A DNA stretch of 64,000 bases, from contig JAFATB010000023.1 of NCBI GenBank assembly GCA_019244185.1, forward strand, positions 160,001-224,000, given 5' to 3'. Below, piece by piece: positions 47,729 to 55,425 of this stretch; within the stretch, counting starts at the first letter, position 1, and each line of letters opens with the position of its first letter. The notes beneath the pieces were generated by a model that saw only the letters and a program-made list of their open reading frames with translations, ran no database searches and was not told where the DNA came from. A program made the translations under genes and the position numbers. This DNA is from Acidobacteriota bacterium. Lineage in GTDB: Bacteria; Acidobacteriota; Thermoanaerobaculia; Gp7-AA8.

Positions 47729-49968
47729 CGGGAATCCGGCGGATACAGCAGCGTTCGCAATCCCGCATCGCGCTCGGCGACTTCGACGAGCGGCGTGCCG
47801 ACGAGCGCGATGCCGCGCCGCAGCGCATCCTGCGCGCGCTCCCGATGGCCGAGCTGCAGTTCGAGCGAGGCCACTTTCGCCCACGCGCGCGGCTGCCGCG
47901 CCGCGACGTCGCGCCACATCGCGACCGCGCGCGTCGTGTCGCCGCTGCGCTCGAGCGCGTACGCGAGACGCATGCGCGCGACGAGGAGATCGGGCCGCCG
48001 CCGCGCCGCGTCCGCGAGCAGCGGGATCGCGGCTTTCGGCTGATTCGACTCGAACAGCAGCGCGCCGAGGTTGTAGGTTGCGTCGACGTTGTCCGAATCG
48101 AGCCGATGCGCTTTCGCGATCGCGGCGAGGGCTTCGCGGCGATGTCCGGTGCGGTCGAGCACCGAGCCGAGGTTGTTCCAGCTCATCGAATGCGAGGGAT
48201 CGGCGCGCACGGCGAGCGTGTACATCGCCAGCGCGTCCGGCAAGCGCTGCGCGCGCTCGTAGAGAACGCCGAGGTTGTACGCGACGGCGTGATTCTTCGG
48301 ATCGCGGCGGTGAGCTTCTTCGAGCAGCTGCAGCGCCTCGGCGGACTTGCCGCTTCGATTGAGCACGTCGCCGAGCGCCGCGGCGATGGCACTCGAACTC
48401 GGATCGAGCCGCTGCGTCTCGCGCAGCAGCGCCTCGGCTTCAACGAGACGTCCTGCATCGCGCAGCAGCTCCGCGCGCGGAATGACGAACGCGGTGTTCG
48501 ACGGCTCGCGCGCGACAGCGTGCTGCAGCACGGCGAGCGCGTCGTCGCGATGGCCGCCGAGCGCGAGCGCCTGCGCGAGCAGCGAGGCGACGGCGTTGCT
48601 CTGGGATTCGCTCGCTTGCAGCGCGCGCAGCTCCGCCGCGGCGGCGTCGAACTGGCGCGTGCGGAGCAGCTCCTGCGCGTGCCCGTACGACTGCCATGCG
48701 GCGATGCGGTCTTTCGGATCAGCGGCGTTTGTCGCGTCGCGCGGCGCGGTGCTGACGATGTAGCCGAGGGCGGCGAGCTTGCGCCGCGTCTCCTCGTCGA
48801 CCGGCGCGCTCGCGTTGCCGCGGAACGCGTCGGATGCGGCGATCGCATCGAGCTGCGCGAACAGCGAGCGCGACTCGCGCGAGAGACTCGCGCCGTAGAG
48901 GTTGTGGCGTTCCGCGCGGTCGCCGCGCACGTCGTACGCTTCCGCGCGCGGCGCGCGAATCACGCGCGCGGCATCGCTGCGCAGCGAGCGCAGCTCCGAC
49001 CAGCCGAAGTTCATGCGGCCGGCGAAGGTCTCGCTGTACGCGCGGCGCGCGGACTTGTCGGCGAAGAGCGACGTGCCGTCGAGGTTCTGCGCGTTGATTC
49101 CGAGGAGGTCGAGGATCGTGGGCACGAGGTCGACGTGGCGCGCGACCGTGTCGATCGTGCGTCCGCGCGGCACGTGCGGGCCTGCGAAAAGCAGCGGCAC
49201 GCGCGTGGTCTCGTCGTAGACGAAGAGACCGTGTCCGCGCTCGCCATGCTCGCCGAACGCCTCGCCGTGGTCGGAGGTAAAGACGACCAGCGTGTCGTCC
49301 AGCGCATGCGCGGCGCGCAGCGCATCGAGCACGCGTCCGAGCTCGCGGTCCGCGTAGTGGATCTCCGCGGCGTACGCGTCATTCGGAAACGCCCACGCGA
49401 CGTCGGCGGGCGGCGTGTACGGCGCGTGCGGATCGTAGAAATGCAGCCAGAGAAAAAACGGCCGCTCCGGCTTCTGCAGCGCGAGCCAGCGCAGCGCCTT
49501 GTCCGCGATCGCGCGCGCGCCGAGCTCGCGTCCGCCGCCGAGGTCGTCGTCGTACGCGTCGAAGCCCTGGTCGAAGCCGAAGCGATGATCGAGCACGTAC
49601 GACGCGACGATCGCGTGCGTGGCGTAGCCCGCGTCGTGCAGGCGCCGCGCGAGCGTCGCATGCGATGCGTCGAGCACGAACGCGCCGTTGTTGCGCAGGC
49701 CGTGATGGAACGGCTGCAAGCCCGTGAGGATCGACGCGTGCGATGGCGCGGTGAGCGGCTGCGACGCGATCGCGGTCGTGAACGCGGTGCCGGTTTTCGC
49801 GAGCGCATCGAGCGACGGCGTCACGCCGGGATGTCCGCTCGCGAAGGCGCCTGCGAAGCCGACGCGATCCGCGCGCGTGGTGTCGAACGTCACGAGCAGG
49901 ACGTTCGGCCGATGCTTCGCGCACGCTGCCGCCGTCAGAAGTGCGAGAGCGAGCAGCGCGCGGCGCAC
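47725..49968 (-). CDS. Sulfatase-like hydrolase with C-terminal TPR repeats, probable lipoprotein
   Basis: Lipobox-like LTAAAC; PNVLLVTFDTTRAD; TAPSHASILTG; HFYDPH; SDHGE; LAALGY; multiple TPRs. Confidence 0.88.
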   Translation of the reverse strand: MRRALLALALLTAAACAKHRPNVLLVTFDTTRADRVGFAGAFASGHPGVTPSLDALAKTGTAFTTAIASQPLTAPSHASILTGLQPFHHGLRNNGAFVLDASHATLARRLHDAGYATHAIVASYVLDHRFGFDQGFDAYDDDLGGGRELGARAIADKALRWLALQKPERPFFLWLHFYDPHAPYTPPADVAWAFPNDAYAAEIHYADRELGRVLDALRAAHALDDTLVVFTSDHGEAFGEHGERGHGLFVYDETTRVPLLFAGPHVPRGRTIDTVARHVDLVPTILDLLGINAQNLDGTSLFADKSARRAYSETFAGRMNFGWSELRSLRSDAARVIRAPRAEAYDVRGDRAERHNLYGASLSRESRSLFAQLDAIAASDAFRGNASAPVDEETRRKLAALGYIVSTAPRDATNAADPKDRIAAWQSYGHAQELLRTRQFDAAAAELRALQASESQSNAVASLLAQALALGGHRDDALAVLQHAVAREPSNTAFVIPRAELLRDAGRLVEAEALLRETQRLDPSSSAIAAALGDVLNRSGKSAEALQLLEEAHRRDPKNHAVAYNLGVLYERAQRLPDALAMYTLAVRADPSHSMSWNNLGSVLDRTGHRREALAAIAKAHRLDSDNVDATYNLGALLFESNQPKAAIPLLADAARRRPDLLVARMRLAYALERSGDTTRAVAMWRDVAARQPRAWAKVASLELQLGHRERAQDALRRGIALVGTPLVEVAERDAGLRTLLYPPDSR

Positions 49969-49973
49969 GGCGT

Positions 49974-50651
49974 TCAGGCTTTCTTCGCCACCAGGATGAT
50001 CTGGTACGCGAACATCGATCGCCACAGCCGCGTGACCCACGAGAGCACGCGTTCCATCGCGCGCAGCAGCGGCTCGGGCGTGAAGCGTCCGAGGATGAGG
50101 CGGATCGGAATCGACGAGCCGCGCACCTCCAGGATGCGGAAGCCGGCGCGCTCGACTTCGCGGCGGATCGTGCGCAGCGTGTAGAAGCGCAGATGCGTCG
50201 CGTCGAGGATGCCACGCTCGCGATACTCGAAGATGCCGAAGAGCAGGCCGAGGCGCGTGGTGATGTTGGCGATGTTCGGCACGGAGATGAACGCGTGGCC
50301 GTCGGAGGCGAGCGCCTCGCGCACGAGGCGCAACGCGGCGGCGGGATTGCGGAGATGTTCGAGCACGTCCGCGAGCACGATCGCGTCGACGTTCGGCGGC
50401 AGACGCTTCACGCGTTCGAGATCGGCGACGACGACGGAGTCGAAGCGCCCGCGCAGATCGACGAGACAGTCGGCGTTGTATTCGAAGCCGACTGTGCGCG
50501 TGAACTGCTCGCGCAGCGCGGAGCCGAGCTCGCCGCCGGCCGCGCCGAGGTCGAGGAGCGAGCCGCCGCGCGGCGCGTGCTTGCGCACCAGCTCGAGCAG
50601 AATCCGATGGCTGCTGCCTTCGAAATCCTTGAAGGTGTAGACGTTCGGCAT
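49974..50651 (-). CDS. Class I SAM-dependent methyltransferase
   Basis: LLDLGAAGG, ADVLEHL, SVPN, GILDATHLRFYT. Confidence 0.9.
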   Translation of the reverse strand: MPNVYTFKDFEGSSHRILLELVRKHAPRGGSLLDLGAAGGELGSALREQFTRTVGFEYNADCLVDLRGRFDSVVVADLERVKRLPPNVDAIVLADVLEHLRNPAAALRLVREALASDGHAFISVPNIANITTRLGLLFGIFEYRERGILDATHLRFYTLRTIRREVERAGFRILEVRGSSIPIRLILGRFTPEPLLRAMERVLSWVTRLWRSMFAYQIILVAKKA

Positions 50652-50652
50652 G

Positions 50653-51021
50653 TCAGAAGTCGGAGTACGGCTTCCCCGCGCCGCTGTGCACGTCGGTGAT
50701 CGCGGTGTCGCTCTTCGCCGCGGCCGTCGTGAAGTCGGCGCTCGGCGCCACCGTCTCCTCGGTATCGAAGCGCCATGTCTTCGCCGAATTCGTGATCGGA
50801 TCGACCGGCACGCGCGGCAGATACTTCGGCACGAGCTCGTCGAGCGCGTGCGGATAGCGTCCCGTGTCGTGATGAAACCGCGCGATGGCCGCGCGCATTT
50901 GCGCGAGCATGGCGCGCAGCGTTTCCGGCCGGCGATCGACGTGCTCGCGGCACGCGATCGCGAGCAGCAGAGCGATGCCTGCCGCGAAGCGATGCCTGCC
51001 TCGTGACTCCTGCAGCTTCAT
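50653..51021 (-). CDS. GspG/pseudopilin-like small protein lacking a prepilin leader
   Basis: MRAAIARFHHDTGRYPHALDELV.KYL..VPVDPIT...W...ITDVHSG. Confidence 0.7.
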   Translation of the reverse strand: MKLQESRGRHRFAAGIALLLAIACREHVDRRPETLRAMLAQMRAAIARFHHDTGRYPHALDELVPKYLPRVPVDPITNSAKTWRFDTEETVAPSADFTTAAAKSDTAITDVHSGAGKPYSDF

Positions 51022-51029
51022 GATGGAGA

Positions 51030-53237
51030 TCAGTGCGATCCGATGGTGCCGACGTTCTTGAGGGTGATCGCGATGCCGTAGCTCGACAGCGAATCCTCGG
51101 TCGTTCCGAACACGAGATACCGGCGGTATTCGAGCGCGACACCATAGCACGAGCCCGTCCACCCGGCGAGGTAGCGCTGCTCGAGGAACTTCCCTTCCTT
51201 CGCGTCGAAGTTCAGCTGGATATCCGCGCGGAAGCGGTCCTTGATGAGCGACGAGCCGGTGTTGAGCCGGATCTGGCTCGCGCCGTCCGTCGTGATGCCC
51301 GGCTGATGGAACGACGCAAAGTACGTGGCGCCGAGATACTTGTCGCTGTTCGCGCCCGTGCCGATGAGATTCGCCGAGAAGCTCACCGAGTCCGTCTGAT
51401 GCGAGACGTTGCCGAACGTCGCGTTCGCGTCGACGGTGATCGACTGATACGGGTTCACGCGCAGCGTCGCCGTCAACGGCGTGAACTTCTGCTCGCCGGT
51501 GGTGATCGTCGAAGACGAGGTCGCGGACGTGAACGGCTCGGAGAGCGCGACGCTCTGCCGCAGCGAGAACGACATCACCTCGCGCGCGTTGCCGTTCGGC
51601 CCCGTTTCCTTCCCGATCAGGCGCTGCGTCAGCGAGTACTCGACCGAGTTGCGCACGATCGGGAGGAACGGCGAGTCGACGGTGTCGAAGCGGATGATGC
51701 GTTCCTGGTTCGCGACGTTCGACGTGTAGACGTAGCGGAAGCGCGGCTCGATGACGTGCTTGAACTTCGAGAAGCCGCCGAGCGAGCGGTTGAAGACGCG
51801 CGAGAACGACGGGCCGACCACTTCGACCTGCCCCTGCGCGTAGAAGCGGTCGAGCGATTTGTCGTCCGCGACGCTCTGCGTGGTCTCGTCGAGGCTCGCC
51901 GAGTAGAACGTGTCGCGCACGGAGATCTGCGGCTTCACGGAGAGCCACGCCGGCGTGCGTACCTGCATCGACACGGTGGGGAAGACGTCGGTGCGCAGAT
52001 AGTCGGCGACGATGGTCTCGACGCCGGTGCTGCTCACGCCGCCCGACCGCAGGCGCGACGACGACGATTCCATCGAGAAGTAGAACGGTGTCGGCCCGAT
52101 GCGCTGCGGATACATGCGCAACTGCAGCGACGGCAACTGCTCGAAACGCTGGCGCGTGCCGAGGAAGACGAGGTCGCGGCGGTCGGCGAGGATGTTCAGC
52201 GAATACTTCGGACGGTTGCGCGTGAGGTACGCGGACGAATAGATGTTCGACAGCGTCTGCAGGCGCGAGTCGTCGTCGTACTGGCGGAAGAAGTCGAGGT
52301 CGGAGTAGTCCTGAATGTCGATGACGCCGCGGAAGCCGCCGGGCAGGTTGTCCTGCGCGTGCTGATACTGGTACTTCCACTCGACGCGTCCGGAGACGGG
52401 GTTGTTGACCGCGTGCGCGCGCAGGTCGCCGATCTTCACGTTGTCGGACGGCACGTAGCGGATGTCGACGCCCGCGCCGAAGTACCGCTGCGTCGAGACG
52501 TCGCCGTAGATCGTGGCATCGATGGAGTCGCCGAACGGCAGAAAGTACGCGTTCTCCAGCCGCGCCCCGAACTTGTTCGTGAAGCGCACGCGCGGGATGA
52601 GCAGCCCCTGCGAGCGATCGCGTTTCGTCGGCCAGATCAGACGCGGCGCCCAGAACACCGGCAGGCCGCGCGCGCGGAACGAGATGTTGCGCATGTACGC
52701 GTAGTCGTCGAGCGTGACGTCGGCCTCGCCGACGTGGAACGACCACGCCGGACGATCGAGATCGCACGACGTGAAGACGCCGTTGGTCATGTGGTACGTG
52801 TCTTCATCGACCTTCTCGATCTTGTCGCCGGAGAAATACATGGCCGGCTCCATCGTCGCCGTGGCGACGAAGAACGTGCCGGTCTTCGTGTCGAGGTTGT
52901 AGACGGCGTGGTTCGCGGTGAGGCGCGTGGGACCCTGATCGATGATGACGTGGCCTTCGGCGACGACGTCGTTCGTGCGCAGGTTCACCGACACCTTGTC
53001 CGCCTGCACCTTGATGTCCTGATAGTCGACGTGCACGTCGCGCTCGAGGAGGACGTATTCGCCTTTCTCGTATTCGACCGTGCCGTTCTCGGCGACCGTC
53101 CACTTCACTTCGCCGCCGCCCGGCTTCGGTCCCGGAATGAACTGGAACTTCGGCGTCTGGATCTTGGTCTTGGTGGCGGAAGTGGTCTGTGCGAGCGCGG
53201 AACCGGCGAGCAGGAGACAGAGGAACAGGCGGCGCAT
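51030..53237 (-). CDS. lptD: LPS-assembly outer membrane protein LptD
   Basis: Signal peptide; OstA-like beta-jellyroll (AEGHVII, FTSCD..PAW), RSQGLLIP, KHVIEP, C-terminal beta-barrel ending LKNVG. Confidence 0.88.
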   Translation of the reverse strand: MRRLFLCLLLAGSALAQTTSATKTKIQTPKFQFIPGPKPGGGEVKWTVAENGTVEYEKGEYVLLERDVHVDYQDIKVQADKVSVNLRTNDVVAEGHVIIDQGPTRLTANHAVYNLDTKTGTFFVATATMEPAMYFSGDKIEKVDEDTYHMTNGVFTSCDLDRPAWSFHVGEADVTLDDYAYMRNISFRARGLPVFWAPRLIWPTKRDRSQGLLIPRVRFTNKFGARLENAYFLPFGDSIDATIYGDVSTQRYFGAGVDIRYVPSDNVKIGDLRAHAVNNPVSGRVEWKYQYQHAQDNLPGGFRGVIDIQDYSDLDFFRQYDDDSRLQTLSNIYSSAYLTRNRPKYSLNILADRRDLVFLGTRQRFEQLPSLQLRMYPQRIGPTPFYFSMESSSSRLRSGGVSSTGVETIVADYLRTDVFPTVSMQVRTPAWLSVKPQISVRDTFYSASLDETTQSVADDKSLDRFYAQGQVEVVGPSFSRVFNRSLGGFSKFKHVIEPRFRYVYTSNVANQERIIRFDTVDSPFLPIVRNSVEYSLTQRLIGKETGPNGNAREVMSFSLRQSVALSEPFTSATSSSTITTGEQKFTPLTATLRVNPYQSITVDANATFGNVSHQTDSVSFSANLIGTGANSDKYLGATYFASFHQPGITTDGASQIRLNTGSSLIKDRFRADIQLNFDAKEGKFLEQRYLAGWTGSCYGVALEYRRYLVFGTTEDSLSSYGIAITLKNVGTIGSH

Positions 53238-53254
53238 CGTCCCCGGCATTCTAA

Positions 53255-53416
53255 GGAACCTCCGCGGAAGTCGGAAGCGTGGCGTCAGAGGCGGCGCCGC
53301 GCCGTCTGCCGCGCCGTCGCTCCTCAGCGATGTCCCGCATCGCCTGCGTCGCGACGGCGCGCAGCCGGCACGGCGGCGCCTCTGACGCCATCGCTTCCGG
53401 CTTCCGCGGAGGTTCC
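53255..53416. mobile_element. 162-bp palindromic MITE-like element flanked by TAA direct repeats
   Basis: Perfect 16-bp terminal IR GGAACCTCCGCGGAAG; 66-nt arms with 4 mismatches and 2 indels; TAA at 53252-53254 and 53417-53419. Confidence 0.72.
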
Positions 53417-54285
53417 TAACGCGCCGCGTCCGCTGCCGCCGCGCGCATCGCGCGGTCGATCCGGGCCATCTCCTGCAGTTCCATCCGCAGCTTGATGACC
53501 TCGAGCTGATACAGCCGCGCGACGTCTTCGGCGCGTCCGCGCTGCTGCCGCTTCCGCAGCGCGACGCGGTTGGCGATGCGCACGAACTCGCGATGCGCGC
53601 CGGCGTCGTGCCATCCCGCGCGCCCGAGTCGCCGCAGCGGATGCGCGGTCGCGCGAACGTCTTCCTCGTCGATGACATTCAACGCCGCTTCCTCGGTCAG
53701 CTCCGCGCGCACCGCCGGCCACTGCTTGAACACGACCGCGACGACGAGCAGCGGCAGCAGCGCGGCGACGGAGTAGGCGAGCGTGCGTTCGCCGGTGCGC
53801 GCGCGGAGGAGCGATGGCAGCCACGCCGCGCCGATCGCGGCGATCGCGGTCACGGCGTCGATCGCGGCCTGGCGCAGCTTGTCGCGCACGTGCGTGAGTC
53901 CGAACGTGATGCCGTAGCCGGCGACCGCGCCGGCGGCGACGCATTCGGCGAAACGCAGCAGCTCGTCCTCGCCGCGAAAGACGAATGTCGCCGCCGCGGC
54001 CGCGCCCATCATCGCGCCCAGGGTCATGCCGTCGGCCGGCTCGCTCTCGCGTCCGGTGAGACGCACGTACAGCGCGGCAACCGTGAGGATGATGCCCGCG
54101 AGGATCGGATGCCACGCCGCTTCGCCGGCAGCGAGGCGGATGAGGATGCCGGCCACGATGCCCGCCACGACCGGCACGCGCGCCTCGCCGGCCAGCGTGC
54201 TGTCGAGCGTCTTGAAGTACGACGCGGCGGCCATCGCGGCGAAGAAGGAGACGATCAGGATGATGGCGAGAACCGGGTCGGTCAT
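53416..54285 (-). CDS. Hypothetical polytopic membrane protein (possibly degenerate PrsW-like)
   Basis: About 7 TM helices; DGMTLGAMMG segment; charged C-terminal VRAELTEEA region. Confidence 0.7.
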   Translation of the reverse strand: MTDPVLAIILIVSFFAAMAAASYFKTLDSTLAGEARVPVVAGIVAGILIRLAAGEAAWHPILAGIILTVAALYVRLTGRESEPADGMTLGAMMGAAAAATFVFRGEDELLRFAECVAAGAVAGYGITFGLTHVRDKLRQAAIDAVTAIAAIGAAWLPSLLRARTGERTLAYSVAALLPLLVVAVVFKQWPAVRAELTEEAALNVIDEEDVRATAHPLRRLGRAGWHDAGAHREFVRIANRVALRKRQQRGRAEDVARLYQLEVIKLRMELQEMARIDRAMRAAAADAAR

Positions 54286-54323
54286 GCGGGCCGGGAAATG
54301 CTACGACAGGTCGGCGTTGCGGC

Positions 54324-55301
54324 TCATGACAGATCGTCGTCGAACGTGCGGTCGCTCATCGGAATCGGATGCTGCAGAAACCAGCGCCGCGAGCGCTCGA
54401 TGTCGTTGCGGATCTGGTTCGTCAGCTCGAGCGCGGAGCGGAACTGCTGCTCGCGCCGCAGCAGCTTGTGAAACGAGAGCCGCACGGTGTCGCCGTAGAC
54501 GTTGGAATCGAAGTCGAGGATGTGGCTCTCGATCGTGGTCGCGTAGTTCTCGTACAGCGTCGGCCGCACGCCGATGTTGGTCACGCCTTCGAACGAGCGC
54601 GAGAAGCTCTCGAAGCGGCACGTGGTGATGTAGACGCCGCCGCCGGGAAAGAGATCGTTCGCGGGATCGACGTTGACGGTCGGGAAGCCCATCTTGCGCC
54701 CGAGGCGGCGGCCGGTCGCGACGCGCCCGTCGATGAAGTACGTGCGGCCGAGGGCGAGCGTCACGACGTGCATCGCGCCTTTGGCGATGGCGTCGCGCAC
54801 GATCGAGCTCGAGACGCGCATGCCGCGCAGCTTCACGTCGTCGATGCCGTGCACGTCGAAGCCGAAGCGCGCGCCGGCGGCGGTGAGCTTGGCGAGATTC
54901 CCCTCGCGTCCCGCGCCGAAACAGAAGTCGCGGCCGATGCGCACTTCGGCGACGCGCAGCGCGTTGACGAGGAACTCTTCGATGAAACGGTCGGCAGTCC
55001 AGCGCGAGAACTCGTGCGAGAAGGGGACGATCAGCAGCGCGTCGACGCCCATCGCGCGCAGCAGCTCTTCCTTCTGCGCGAGCGTGAGAATCTGTTTCGG
55101 CACGCGGTCCGGCGCGACGATCGACAGCGGATGCGGATGAAAGGTGATGACCGCCGACGGACGCCCGAGCTCGCGCGCGCGCGCCACGACGCCCGCGACG
55201 ATCTTCTGATGTCCCACGTGCATCCCGTCGAAGTTGCCGATCGTAGCGACGCAGCCGCGCGGCAGATCGGTCTGACGGAGTGGGTCCTGGATGACGAGCA
55301 T
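54324..55301 (-). CDS. ribF: Bifunctional riboflavin kinase/FAD synthetase
   Basis: GNFDGMHVGHQ, TFHPHP, VSSSIVR, GRKMGFPTVN, NIGVRPT, IESH. Confidence 0.96.
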   Translation of the reverse strand: MLVIQDPLRQTDLPRGCVATIGNFDGMHVGHQKIVAGVVARARELGRPSAVITFHPHPLSIVAPDRVPKQILTLAQKEELLRAMGVDALLIVPFSHEFSRWTADRFIEEFLVNALRVAEVRIGRDFCFGAGREGNLAKLTAAGARFGFDVHGIDDVKLRGMRVSSSIVRDAIAKGAMHVVTLALGRTYFIDGRVATGRRLGRKMGFPTVNVDPANDLFPGGGVYITTCRFESFSRSFEGVTNIGVRPTLYENYATTIESHILDFDSNVYGDTVRLSFHKLLRREQQFRSALELTNQIRNDIERSRRWFLQHPIPMSDRTFDDDLS

Positions 55302-55425
55302 GTGCGGCCGCGCGGAGTGTAGCAAAGGCCCGTCTTATGGCTGGGCATGCCAAGCCCAGATTCGCTATGTTAGGCTGCGGAAGTCCACAATTCATTACAG
55401 CGGTGATTCCTCCTTGGAGGCGAAG

